DNA of 53,950 bases from Candidatus Kaiserbacteria bacterium CG10_big_fil_rev_8_21_14_0_10_59_10 (GCA_002773285.1 PFBM01000005.1:2225-56174); one strand, 5' to 3'; shown: positions 8,417 through 17,491, numbered from the stretch's first letter. Notes: a model not told the origin generated them from the sequence alone. A program made the numbers and translations.

Positions 8417-9849
8417 AACTCCGTCTCGCGGGCTTCGAGCGTCGCGCGGCATCGCGCCGCCGCCTCGCCCGTCGCGGCCTCGCACAGCTGATGCGCAAGC
8501 GGCGTCACGCCGCCGGCAAAATCAAGAACGACGTTGAGCGCGCCGACGACGCAATCGCTCCGGTGTGCCGCCGGGGACGCGACGGCGCACAGCTCAAGTA
8601 TTCGCTCCGTGTTCCGCTGCGTGTAGCCGGCGATGTCTCGCCCCAGCGATACGTGGCATGTTGCGCGCATGGCGCTCGGCGCAGCGGCGCACTGCCGTCC
8701 CACCGCCTCGAAATCGTACCCGGCGATGGTCAGCATCCATGATGTCTGCATCAGGTAGCACTGCGTCAGGACCTGTTCGTCCTCTGAAACGGTATTGCAC
8801 GGGAAGTGCGGGTCGCTCCACGACACCCATTCCGTTTCGTGGTCGGGATTCGCGCCGAATCCTTGCGCCGCGACGATGTTCTCCATAAATACGCCGCCGT
8901 AGCAACTGCTCCGGTCAAAATCCGTCTCAAGCTTGCCGCACTCCTCAAGCGCGGCAGGCAAATCGTAGTTCTGGTAGGCCATCACGCCATGCCCCACGCC
9001 GTGCAAACACTCGAATATGCCGAATGAGGACGGGAACGCCGCGCACAGCTCCCCTATCTTCTCGGCCAGATCCGCAGTGCCCTGCTGCGATAGGAAGGTT
9101 TCCATCGCGCCATGAATGAAGCCCGAGTGGCACTCCATCGAACCGCGGCGAAATACCTCCGCGCCGTAGAGCTCGTACGCCGCCTTGCCGACGACGTGCG
9201 CCTCCTGATGGCAATCCCACAACGTGCCTTCGCCGGAGGATGCGAGGAGCTCTCGCATGACGCGCTCCGGGCCGGCGGCGATGAGAAGAGCGCGCACGCT
9301 CCGCTCGTCCCCGGCCGCCTCGCGCATGTCTATCTTGCTGAATTTCGCATCAAGCGCGCGCGGAAAGAGTGCATAGTATGCCCGTGCAAACGCGATGCGC
9401 ACGCGGTCCCAAAGGGCGGCGAGCGTGCCACGCTCGGAGCGCGCGCCCGAATCGCCCTCCTCGCCGAGAACGGTAATGGCGCAGGTCTCGTTCGGATTAA
9501 TATGATCGTGACAGCGCCACACGCCCGGGTGCTCGAAGGTAAACTCGTATACCTCGCCCGGCTGCATCGGCCGGCACGCGTCGAAAATTTCGTGCTCCTC
9601 GTCCGTGCCGCACTTGCTGATGGAAGAATCCGGATACACGGAGTGCGTCGGGTGGATGTTCGACGCCGGCCAATGCTCGCGCGTATCGTCGTTTATGAAA
9701 ATGACGGTGTCCCCGGCGTGCACTTCGATGATCGAGGGCACATACCCTTCGGCCGTCATCCGGATGGTGCGCTCTTCTTCAGAGTGCGCATGGGCAAAAA
9801 GCGCCGGGGCAAGCACAAGCGCCGTACAGAGTGCAGCCCACGATCGCAT
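8413..9849 (-). CDS. Exported cupredoxin-domain protein with C-terminal Cys/His-repeat domain
   Basis: Starts at ATG 9849 (the track start at 9858 is GTG). Signal peptide MRSWAALCTALVLAPALFAHA. Cupredoxin-like EVHAGDTVIFINDD...HWPASNIHP...WRCHDHINP, followed by seven spaced Cys-centred motifs. Overlaps the convergent dehydrogenase gene by 4 nt. Confidence 0.7.
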   Translation of the reverse strand: MRSWAALCTALVLAPALFAHAHSEEERTIRMTAEGYVPSIIEVHAGDTVIFINDDTREHWPASNIHPTHSVYPDSSISKCGTDEEHEIFDACRPMQPGEVYEFTFEHPGVWRCHDHINPNETCAITVLGEEGDSGARSERGTLAALWDRVRIAFARAYYALFPRALDAKFSKIDMREAAGDERSVRALLIAAGPERVMRELLASSGEGTLWDCHQEAHVVGKAAYELYGAEVFRRGSMECHSGFIHGAMETFLSQQGTADLAEKIGELCAAFPSSFGIFECLHGVGHGVMAYQNYDLPAALEECGKLETDFDRSSCYGGVFMENIVAAQGFGANPDHETEWVSWSDPHFPCNTVSEDEQVLTQCYLMQTSWMLTIAGYDFEAVGRQCAAAPSAMRATCHVSLGRDIAGYTQRNTERILELCAVASPAAHRSDCVVGALNVVLDFAGGVTPLAHQLCEAATGEAAARCRATLEARETEF

Positions 9850-9866
9850 GAAGGGCACTCTACCCG

Positions 9867-10703
9867 CTATGCCGACTCGTGTGCAAGGCCTTCATTCACC
9901 TCTTCTTCATGATGCTCGCCTTCGTGCCCTATCTCTTCGTGGAGCTCATGCGGCACAAGCGCCCCCGCGCCCACCATGAGAAAGACGCCGAGAAGCGCAG
10001 CGCCGGCATGCCGCGCCCATGCGCCGTGCGCGCGCGCCGCCACAAGAGCGTGCGGGACCAAGTCGCGCGCAATGACCCATAGAAATCCGCCCGCAGCGAT
10101 ACCGGTGAGTATGACCAGCAGCGTCTCGAAGGCGGAAAGAGCGAGGGAGAGAAATACGCCGATGAGGAGCGTAGACGCCACGGCGAAATTCAGTGCAAGC
10201 GCGCGCCTGTTCGAATAGCCGGCTTCTTTCAAAATAAAGAACTGCGCGATCTGCAACACGACTTCATGGAGGAATATGCCGACCGATGCAGCAACGCCAA
10301 GCCGCCAGTCGACAAGAAAGGCGGGGACGATGAGAAAACCGTCCGTTATATGGTGGAACGAGTCACTCACGAGGAGCCGTCTGCCGTCGATGCCTGTGTG
10401 TGCGTGATCCATCGGCGCCTCGTGGTGATGGTGCGCATCGGCCCCCGGCAGAAAGCGCCGCAAAAGCTCGAGTATTGCCACGCCGCCGAGCGCTGACAGA
10501 GCGACAAGCCATCCTTCACCCTCATGAAGCGCCTCTTCAAAAAGGTGCCACACGAGGACGGCGAGCACCCCGGCGGCGAAGGTCGTCAGGTAGGCGAGGC
10601 GCAGATGCATCCACGTCCCGAGCGCCTTAAAGGTAAATAGAACGCCCGCGAGCGAGGCGAGCATGATAACGAACGCGGCGATCAAAATAACGGCAATGGT
10701 CAT
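9867..10703 (-). CDS. ZIP-family divalent metal (zinc) transporter
   Basis: 278 aa, multi-TM. His-rich loop HHHHEAPMDHAHT and ZIP signatures SFHHITDGFLI and FLHEVVLQIAQF. Confidence 0.85.
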   Translation of the reverse strand: MTIAVILIAAFVIMLASLAGVLFTFKALGTWMHLRLAYLTTFAAGVLAVLVWHLFEEALHEGEGWLVALSALGGVAILELLRRFLPGADAHHHHEAPMDHAHTGIDGRRLLVSDSFHHITDGFLIVPAFLVDWRLGVAASVGIFLHEVVLQIAQFFILKEAGYSNRRALALNFAVASTLLIGVFLSLALSAFETLLVILTGIAAGGFLWVIARDLVPHALVAARAHGAWARHAGAALLGVFLMVGAGALVPHELHEEIGHEGEHHEEEVNEGLAHESA

Positions 10704-10734
10704 GCGGGATAGTCTAGCTCATCCGGCTCCCTAT

Positions 10735-10749
10735 TGCAAATGACTTGCA
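10735..10749. promoter_or_regulatory. 7-1-7 inverted repeat TGCAAAT-G-ACTTGCA (candidate Fur/Zur-type operator)
   Basis: 6 of 7 half-site positions are symmetric. Located in the 64-nt divergent spacer between the ZIP gene and the Fur-family gene, between their -10 hexamers (10711-10716 and 10756-10761). Confidence 0.4.
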
Positions 10750-10767
10750 TAAGCATATACTGCACCC

Positions 10768-11202
10768 ATGGCACCTGCCCGTGACTCTTCCTCACTCTTG
10801 CGAGAAGCAGGTTTGCGCGCAACGGCCGCGCGCGTCGCGCTTCTCAATGCGCTGTGCGCCACGCACAAGCCGCTGAAGGCGGCCGAGCTCCGGCGCAGCG
10901 CGGGCCGCGGCATGGACCTCGTCACCGTGTATCGCGCCATGGACGCGCTCGAGAAGGCGGGTCTTGCCAAACGCATTGGCGTCGACCGTACGAGTGCGTC
11001 GTGGGAATTCGCGCACCGCGCCCACCATCATCACCTCGTGTGCCGCGGCTGCGGCGAACTTGAGGACGTAGGCGAGTGCGCCGTCGAGGGGCTGGAGAAG
11101 CGCGTACTCGGAAAATCGAAACGGTTTGCGTCCGTCTCGGACCACTCTCTTGAATTCTTCGGTACTTGTCGTGATTGTGCCTCCGCCGCGAGAGCAGCGT
11201 AG
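10768..11202 (+). CDS. Fur-family metalloregulator (Zur-like by context)
   Basis: 144 aa. Winged-helix N-domain, HRAHHHHLVCRGCG and C-terminal CRDC metal sites. Confidence 0.85.
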   Translation: MAPARDSSSLLREAGLRATAARVALLNALCATHKPLKAAELRRSAGRGMDLVTVYRAMDALEKAGLAKRIGVDRTSASWEFAHRAHHHHLVCRGCGELEDVGECAVEGLEKRVLGKSKRFASVSDHSLEFFGTCRDCASAARAA

Positions 11203-11217
11203 AGCCGCCTACACCCT

Positions 11218-11247
11218 GCCCGTGCCGCGCATCAGCGCGGCACGGGC
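11218..11247 (+). terminator. 13-bp GC-rich hairpin after the Fur-family gene
   Basis: GCCCGTGCCGCGC-ATCA-GCGCGGCACGGGC, 16 nt after the stop. No clear T-tract. Confidence 0.5.
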
Positions 11248-11267
11248 ACACCCCGCTATAGTCTAAC

Positions 11268-11285
11268 TTGACGCTATAGCGTCAA
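11268..11285. promoter_or_regulatory. 18-bp perfect palindrome TTGACGCTATAGCGTCAA
   Basis: Read directly. Intergenic, upstream of the 13-bp array and the YibE/F-like gene. Confidence 0.45.
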
Positions 11286-11325
11286 CGTAGCATGTGCTGG
11301 GGGGGGTGGAAAGTGTTTGGTTAAA

Positions 11326-11468
11326 ATCCGTCACCTCTAGGTGTTAGGTGAGGTTTTAGGTGTTACCTCCAAGTGTTACCTCTTGGTGTCGCCTCCAGGT
11401 GTTACCTCCACGTGTTGCCTCTTGATGTTATCTCTAGATGCTAGGTGTCGCCCCTCAGTGCTACCTGA
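11326..11468. repeat. Degenerate 13-bp tandem array (about 10 units, consensus WGGTGTTACCTCY)
   Basis: Units AGGTGTTACCTCC (11358 and 11397), AAGTGTTACCTCT, TGGTGTCGCCTCC, ACGTGTTGCCTCT, TGATGTTATCTCT, AGGTGTCGCCCCT, CAGTGCTACCTGA. The period is not a multiple of 3. Confidence 0.85.
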
Positions 11469-11512
11469 ACAGGGTTTTGTATTCGTGCCCGCTGCGCGGT
11501 ACACTTCGTCCC

Positions 11513-12679
11513 ATGAACACCGTACGTGCCGCTCCTCGCGCCGCTGCCGCGGCGCTCGCCGTCATTCTGCTTCTCTTCGCCCCTGCGGCGCTCGCCGCGC
11601 AGGAACTCGTATTCGACGAGCAGGAATTCCTCCTCGCGCGCGTCGTCGCGGTCGTATCGCAGGAAGAGACGCTCATACCGGGCACCGATACGCTCGCGAC
11701 GCGCCAGACGCTCCGCGTAGAGCTGCTCTCCGGGGAGCGCGCCGGCGAAATTGTTACCATCGAAAATGACTACCTGAGTTTGCGCGAGGGAGAGAAGTTC
11801 TACCTTCTGCACACGCGCGACGTTATATACGATACGGAGACCTTCTCAGTGTACGAACCGGACCGAACGCCGGCGCTCGTGTTTTTTACGGCCCTTTTTA
11901 TCATCGCCGTCATCGCCTTCGGCGGCCTGCAAGGATTGCGCGGCCTCCTCGCGCTCGCGGTATCGCTTTTTTTCATCACGTATCTGCTCCTTCCGGGTAT
12001 TCTCGCGGGCTACCCGCCCGTTCTCGTATCGATAGCCGTCGCCTCGCTCATAGTCATCCTCGGCTCATACATAACGCATGGCGTGAACAGGACAACGACC
12101 GCCGCCGTGCTCGGCATGATACTTGCCATATCGCTCACCGGTGCGCTCGCAACGGCGGCGATGGCATGGACGCGGCTCACCGGAACGGCCTCCGACGAAG
12201 CGATATACCTCACTTTCGGCCTGCGTGGTTCACTTGACCTTGCGGGACTCCTTCTCGGCGGCATCATCATCGGGCTCCTCGGCGTCTTGTACGACGCGGC
12301 CATCGGCCAGGCGGTCGCCGTCGAGGAACTGCACCGCGCCGGAGCGCATCTCTCGAAGCGCACGATTTACGCGCGCGCCATCCGCATCGGGCGCGAACAC
12401 ATCGGCGCGCTGGTGAACACACTCGCCATTGCCTACGTCGGCGCGTCGCTCCCCCTCTTGCTCCTCTATGTAAACGCATCGGCGGATCTCGCCGTGACGG
12501 TGAATCGGGAGCTCTTCGCAACGGAAATCATCCGCACCGTCATCGGCTCGACGGGTATCGTCCTTGCCGTTCCCATTACGACGCTCATCGCCGTGTGGAT
12601 GCTGGTGCACCGCCGCGGCAAGGAGACACCGCCGGGCGAAGAGGCGGAAAAGCCGCACGTGCACATGCACCGGCACTAG
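11513..12679 (+). CDS. YibE/F-like integral membrane protein
   Basis: Track ORF trimmed to ATG 11513 (MNTVRAAPRAAAAALAVILLLFAPAALAAQE, signal-like). An extracytoplasmic N-domain is followed by multiple TM helices and VLYDAAIGQAVAVEEL, reminiscent of the YibE/F family. Confidence 0.6.
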   Translation: MNTVRAAPRAAAAALAVILLLFAPAALAAQELVFDEQEFLLARVVAVVSQEETLIPGTDTLATRQTLRVELLSGERAGEIVTIENDYLSLREGEKFYLLHTRDVIYDTETFSVYEPDRTPALVFFTALFIIAVIAFGGLQGLRGLLALAVSLFFITYLLLPGILAGYPPVLVSIAVASLIVILGSYITHGVNRTTTAAVLGMILAISLTGALATAAMAWTRLTGTASDEAIYLTFGLRGSLDLAGLLLGGIIIGLLGVLYDAAIGQAVAVEELHRAGAHLSKRTIYARAIRIGREHIGALVNTLAIAYVGASLPLLLLYVNASADLAVTVNRELFATEIIRTVIGSTGIVLAVPITTLIAVWMLVHRRGKETPPGEEAEKPHVHMHRH

Positions 12680-12727
12680 TTCGCGTCGAAGAAGCGCTAT
12701 TTGCCGCGAAGCGGGCCGCTCCCTGCG

Positions 12728-13072
12728 CTACAGCAGCTTGCTGATGAGCCAGTTAAAAAGGGAGAGCACCACCGCGCCGAGAAGCGCGGACCAGAAGCCC
12801 GCAACAACGAAACCGGGTACGATGAGCGCCACCGCCCAAAAGAGGAGCGCATTGAGCACGAACGCAAAGAGCCCGAACGTGACTATCGTGATAGGGAGCG
12901 TAAGTATCTGCAGGATGGGCCGTATGACGATGACGATAACGGACCAGACGAGCGCTACGAGCAGCATCGTGAGCCCGCTATCAACCGATACGCCCGGCAC
13001 GATCGTAACGGTGAGAAAAACAGCGGCAACGGTGCCGAGATACTGAAGAAGCGCGTGCGCGGCCGAGTTCAT
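12728..13072 (-). CDS. DUF360 / phage-holin-4_2-like small membrane protein
   Basis: 114 aa from ATG 13072. Four TM helices; IRPILQILTLPITIVTFGLFAFVLNALLFW is typical of the YvlD/DUF360 family. Confidence 0.65.
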   Translation of the reverse strand: MNSAAHALLQYLGTVAAVFLTVTIVPGVSVDSGLTMLLVALVWSVIVIVIRPILQILTLPITIVTFGLFAFVLNALLFWAVALIVPGFVVAGFWSALLGAVVLSLFNWLISKLL

Positions 13073-13160
13073 GGACGCATGATAGCGAGCATCCGTCCGC
13101 GCGCAATAGGGCGCGCCCCACATCCTGTGGATGTGGGGCGCGCCTATATCTCAATGTGTG

Positions 13161-13295
13161 TTATTCCCAGGACTCTTTAACGTCCGCATCGGCGAGCACG
13201 TCTCCGTCGGCTACCTCATCCTCGCCTTCCGCGTCGTCGCTCTCATCAAGCTGTTCCCCTTCCGGTAAATCCTTCTCGTCATCGTCATTCATCAT
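13161..13295 (-). CDS. Possible 44-aa highly acidic small protein
   Basis: Below the ORF-track cutoff. Sequence MMNDDDEKDLPEGEQLDESDDAEGEDEVADGDVLADADVKESWE. Composition is plausible but there is no homology support. Confidence 0.25.
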   Translation of the reverse strand: MMNDDDEKDLPEGEQLDESDDAEGEDEVADGDVLADADVKESWE

Positions 13296-13412
13296 ACGAT
13301 GTAAAGCTTCCTAACGATTAAACATCGCTATAGTACCGACACCCGCGCACGGCGCAAGATGGGTTCCTCCCGCCGCCTGTGTATAACTCGGGGTGCCCGC
13401 TATACTGCTCGC

Positions 13413-15575
13413 ATGGAGCCATCGGACGCGCTGGAAAAGCTGTTTCGGCTGACGCCGCCTCAGCGCGCTGCGCTGCGGCGGCTCGGCATCCACACCGTCG
13501 AGAACCTCCTGCGGCACTTTCCCTCCCGCTACGAAGCCGCCGGAGAGGAATCTCCCATTGCCGGTCTTGTCGCCGGCAGCGAAGCTACCATATACGGCAC
13601 CATCGGTAATCTCGACACGCGCCGCTCATGGAAGCGCAGGATACCGGTCGGCGAGGCCGTTATACGCGACTCAAGCGGCTCCATTAAAGTCATGTGGTTC
13701 CACCAGCCGTACCTCGCGAAGAAATTCTCCGAAGGGATGTTCGTCAAAGCGGTCGGTGCCATTTCCGGCAAGGGAGGCAAGCCCTACCTTGCGAATCCGC
13801 ACGTCGAGGCCGCCGATCCGGTGAAAAGCCCTCTCCTCTCGAGGCCTCGCGCACCGTACAAGGAGGCGGAGGGGGCGCTCTTTGCTGTGTATCCCGAGAG
13901 CCGCGGTATCACCTCGCTCTGGTTCCGTCATGCAATAGAGCGCGTTATGCAAAGCGGGGCGCTCGAGCGCCTCATCGACCCGCTCCCCGACGACGTCCGT
14001 GAGAAGTACTCGCTTCCGTCGCTTCAATCCTCCCTTCGAGCCATACACGCGCCCAACACAGAGGCGCACGCAAAGGCAGCACGCAAACGGTTCGCCTTTG
14101 AGGAAATATTCGCCATTAACGTCGCGCGCGCCCTTGAGCGGCGGCAAAATGACTCCCTTCCTTCATTCTGTATCAAAGACGGCGCCCGCTTGGCAGACAC
14201 GTTCACCGCAAGCCTCCCCTTTTCCCTGACGGCCGCCCAGAAGCGCGCAATACGCGACATTGTCTCGGACTTCGCTCGCCCTCACCCGATGGCGCGCCTC
14301 CTCGAGGGGGACGTCGGAAGCGGAAAGACGGCGGTAGCCGCAGCGACAAGCTACGCGGTCGTTAAAAGCCGCCCGCTCGGGCAAGATTTCGGCACGCTGC
14401 AGGTCGCGTACATGGCGCCGACCGAGATCCTCGCGACGCAGCACTTCAACTCGTTCATAGAGTTCTTTCGCGAGCTGCCCATCTCCATCGCGCTCATCAC
14501 CGGCAGCGGCTGCCGCAAATTCCCCTCGAAATCTTCGCCCGGGCAGGCGACGAGCATCTCGCGCGCACAGCTTTTAAAGTGGGTCGAGAACGGCGAGATA
14601 GCGATGGTAGTCGGCACGCACGCGCTCATCCAGAAGACGGTGCGTTTCAAGCACCTCGCGTACGCGATCGTGGACGAACAGCACCGCTTCGGCACGGCGC
14701 AGCGGCGCGCGCTCGCAAAAAAAGAGAGCGTTGCGCCGCACTTTCTCTCGATGACCGCAACGCCCATTCCCCGCACGCTCGCGCTCACGCTCTACGGCGA
14801 CCTCGACCTCTCCGTGCTCGACGAGCTGCCGCCCGGCCGCGCCGTTATCACCACGCGCATTGTAAAGAACACGGGCGAAGGGCGGCAGGAAGCGTACGAA
14901 AAGATCCGCGCAGAGCTCGCGCTTGGACGACAGGCATATGTCATTTGCCCTCGCATCGAAGAGCCCGACCCCGAGAAGGCGAATGCGCTGCAGGCAAAAT
15001 CAGCGAAGGCCGAGGCGAAGCGGCTCGCCGCCGATGTGTTCCCGAAGCATCGCATCGGGCTTCTGCACGGCGCTATGAAACCCGCCGAAAAAGATGAGGC
15101 GATGGCGCGTTTTGCGGATCACGAGCTGGATATACTGGTCGCAACGTCCGTCGTCGAGGTCGGTGTGAACGTGCCCAACGCGACCGTCATTCTCATCGAG
15201 GGCGCCGAGCGATTCGGCCTCGCCCAGCTCCATCAGCTGCGCGGACGCGTCATGCGCTCGTCGCACCCGCCGTACTGCTTTCTCCTGCCCGAAACAAATG
15301 GAAGCGCGTCACTCGCGCGGCTGCGCGCGCTGGAGAAATCGACCGATGGCTTCGTGCTTGCGGAGAAGGATCTCGAGACGCGCGGCGCCGGGGACCTTCT
15401 CGGCCGGCGCCAATGGGGCATGACGGACCTCGGCATGGAAGCGCTGCAAAACATCAAGCTCATACGCGCGGCGCGCGAGGAAGCATCAGCGCTTATCGAA
15501 CGCGACCCTGCCCTTTCGGCGCATGCGGCACTCAGGCGCCGCCTCGAGGAAGCGGGGCAATTCCACGCGGAGTAG
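13413..15575 (+). CDS. recG: ATP-dependent DNA helicase RecG
   Basis: 720 aa from ATG 13413. Wedge/OB region, helicase motifs GDVGSGKT, VDEQHRFG, SMTATPIPRT, HGAMK, QLRGRV. Confidence 0.92.
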   Translation: MEPSDALEKLFRLTPPQRAALRRLGIHTVENLLRHFPSRYEAAGEESPIAGLVAGSEATIYGTIGNLDTRRSWKRRIPVGEAVIRDSSGSIKVMWFHQPYLAKKFSEGMFVKAVGAISGKGGKPYLANPHVEAADPVKSPLLSRPRAPYKEAEGALFAVYPESRGITSLWFRHAIERVMQSGALERLIDPLPDDVREKYSLPSLQSSLRAIHAPNTEAHAKAARKRFAFEEIFAINVARALERRQNDSLPSFCIKDGARLADTFTASLPFSLTAAQKRAIRDIVSDFARPHPMARLLEGDVGSGKTAVAAATSYAVVKSRPLGQDFGTLQVAYMAPTEILATQHFNSFIEFFRELPISIALITGSGCRKFPSKSSPGQATSISRAQLLKWVENGEIAMVVGTHALIQKTVRFKHLAYAIVDEQHRFGTAQRRALAKKESVAPHFLSMTATPIPRTLALTLYGDLDLSVLDELPPGRAVITTRIVKNTGEGRQEAYEKIRAELALGRQAYVICPRIEEPDPEKANALQAKSAKAEAKRLAADVFPKHRIGLLHGAMKPAEKDEAMARFADHELDILVATSVVEVGVNVPNATVILIEGAERFGLAQLHQLRGRVMRSSHPPYCFLLPETNGSASLARLRALEKSTDGFVLAEKDLETRGAGDLLGRRQWGMTDLGMEALQNIKLIRAAREEASALIERDPALSAHAALRRRLEEAGQFHAE

Positions 15576-15580
15576 CCGGT

Positions 15581-16930
15581 CTACTCGGAGATAACGAGCG
15601 CTGCAGTATCGACAAGCGAGAGGTTCGTGCCGCGCTTGAGGGTGATGGTGTACGAGCCCGTGTCGGTATACGTATGCGTAAACTGCTTGGTCACGCTGCT
15701 TCCTTCGCAGGTCCCCTGCGCCTGCGTCTCTTTCGATGAACCGTCTCCCCAGTCGAGCTCGTAACCGGTGCACGAGGTGGATAGGTCAAACTCGACACGT
15801 ACTTGTTTCGGGTCTCCGCCTGATCCCGGCGTCACGGAAAATTGCGCCATATCCGTCTCGGAGGTGCCTGACACGGAGATGGAGCGCGTCGCTATCTCCG
15901 TGCCGCCGCGATACAGGCGCGCGATGAAGTTGCCTCCGCCGTATAAGTGCGTGACGCTGTAGGAATGCGCAGCGCACCCCTGCACCGGCACGACGACGCT
16001 CTGATTGTCGCCGAAGTCGATTTTGTATTCCGGAGGGTTGCATTCGCCCGCCGCGTTCACGAACCCCGAGAACACGACCGCGAGCGGGCTCGAGCCGGCC
16101 GTGGGCGTCGCGTTCAGCATATCGGCATCGGGTTGCTGCGCGGAGCCCGTCACCGTTACCGTGGCCGAGGTTTGGTGGCTTCCCGCACGCAACGTGACGG
16201 TGTAGGTGCCGGGTTTTGTGTATTGGTGCGTCACGACCTGCGTGCGCTCATTGCAATTACCCTGAGGAACCTGTATCTGGGCGGGTGACGTCGTGTCTCC
16301 AAAATCAAGCTGATACGCGGGCGCATTGCAGGATCTCGGCGTGTTGACCGTCGCCTCTATGGTTACGGTCAGGGGAGCGGGACCCGTTATCGGCGTCACC
16401 TTGATGAATCCCCCGACGCTGCCCGTGCCTCCGGCGACAGTGCCTGGCGGGCATTGGATCGCCAAGACCGCGGCCGTGCGCGGCCCCACAACACCCCAGC
16501 CGGTCGAGGCGGGCGTACCCGAGGAGACGACGAAGTGCTTTGCTTGCCAGCGTTTGACCGCGGCCTCGGTCAGTGCGCCGTAGTAGCCGGTTACCAGCGC
16601 CTCCGGATAAATAGCAGGGTCTAGCGCGAGGTAGCGCTGCAGGCGGCTCACATCGTCGCCGGTCGAGCCAAATTGGAGCGAGCGGCTTATCTGCGGGCAC
16701 GCAACAGCACCACTCGTCCCTTGCGCAGTTCCGGTCGCCCCCGTGGTCGTACTCGTTCCAGTCGTTTGTGCGGGCGCTCCGGTCGTGGCGGCAAGCTGCT
16801 GCTGCAGCGCCTCTATTTGCGCAAGGAGTGCCGTAACCTGCGCTCGGAGCTCGTCGATGGTAAGAGCACCGGCAAAAATGGGAGAAGCGGCAAGTAGAGC
16901 AACAGCCGCGATGCCTGCCATTCGTCTCAT
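15581..16930 (-). CDS. Secreted peptidoglycan-binding protein with three PKD-like repeats
   Basis: 449 aa. Signal peptide, coiled LTIDELRAQVTALLAQIEALQQQL, PG_binding_1-like GDDVSRLQRYL...YYGALTEAAVKRWQ, then three DFGD...VTH.Y...G.Y.VTL repeats. Confidence 0.8.
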   Translation of the reverse strand: MRRMAGIAAVALLAASPIFAGALTIDELRAQVTALLAQIEALQQQLAATTGAPAQTTGTSTTTGATGTAQGTSGAVACPQISRSLQFGSTGDDVSRLQRYLALDPAIYPEALVTGYYGALTEAAVKRWQAKHFVVSSGTPASTGWGVVGPRTAAVLAIQCPPGTVAGGTGSVGGFIKVTPITGPAPLTVTIEATVNTPRSCNAPAYQLDFGDTTSPAQIQVPQGNCNERTQVVTHQYTKPGTYTVTLRAGSHQTSATVTVTGSAQQPDADMLNATPTAGSSPLAVVFSGFVNAAGECNPPEYKIDFGDNQSVVVPVQGCAAHSYSVTHLYGGGNFIARLYRGGTEIATRSISVSGTSETDMAQFSVTPGSGGDPKQVRVEFDLSTSCTGYELDWGDGSSKETQAQGTCEGSSVTKQFTHTYTDTGSYTITLKRGTNLSLVDTAALVISE

Positions 16931-16996
16931 GACCCCTGCATTGTCGCATGCAGCCGCCGCGGCGCAACCTGCGGCTGTGGAATGCTCCCTCGTTTG

Positions 16997-17479
16997 CTAC
17001 CTCGCCGTGGTGCGCCCGAGAAGCGCCATCAAGAGGGCGGCGGCGGCGGCTTCCCGCCCCTTATTCTCCTTGCCGCGCGAGCGCGCCTTCGCCTGCGCAA
17101 GGGAATTCGGCGTGATGATGCCGAACCCTATAGGAACCCCCGTGTCGAGCATGAGGCGTATCAGCGCCTGAGACACTGCGGATGAGATGTACTCGTCGTG
17201 CTTCGTTTCTCCTTTGATGACGCAGCCGAGTGCGACTATTGCATCAAGCTTCTTCCTGCCTTTGAGGAGATTCCGGCACGCAAGCGGTATTTCAAAGCTG
17301 CCCGGTACGCGCACGATAGCTATACTGCGCTCCGCCACCTTCCACGCGCGGAGCGTATCAAGCGCGCCCTCGAGGAGCCCGCCCGTGATGTCGTGATTGA
17401 ATTCGGACACGACCACTCCTACCGAGAGGCCGGAGGCGTCGCCCGTCTTCTTTTTGCGTGCGTACTCTTTGCGCTGCAT
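16997..17479 (-). CDS. ribH: 6,7-dimethyl-8-ribityllumazine synthase
   Basis: 160 aa. VVVSEFNHDIT, VPGSFEIPLA, ALGCVIKGETKHDEYI. Confidence 0.92.
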   Translation of the reverse strand: MQRKEYARKKKTGDASGLSVGVVVSEFNHDITGGLLEGALDTLRAWKVAERSIAIVRVPGSFEIPLACRNLLKGRKKLDAIVALGCVIKGETKHDEYISSAVSQALIRLMLDTGVPIGFGIITPNSLAQAKARSRGKENKGREAAAAALLMALLGRTTAR

Positions 17480-17491
17480 AGGCGCACCGTA

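Noticed and set aside
11326-11468. CRISPR array.
   Set aside because: The units are 13 bp and directly abutting with no unique spacers, and no cas genes are nearby. It is a simple tandem repeat.
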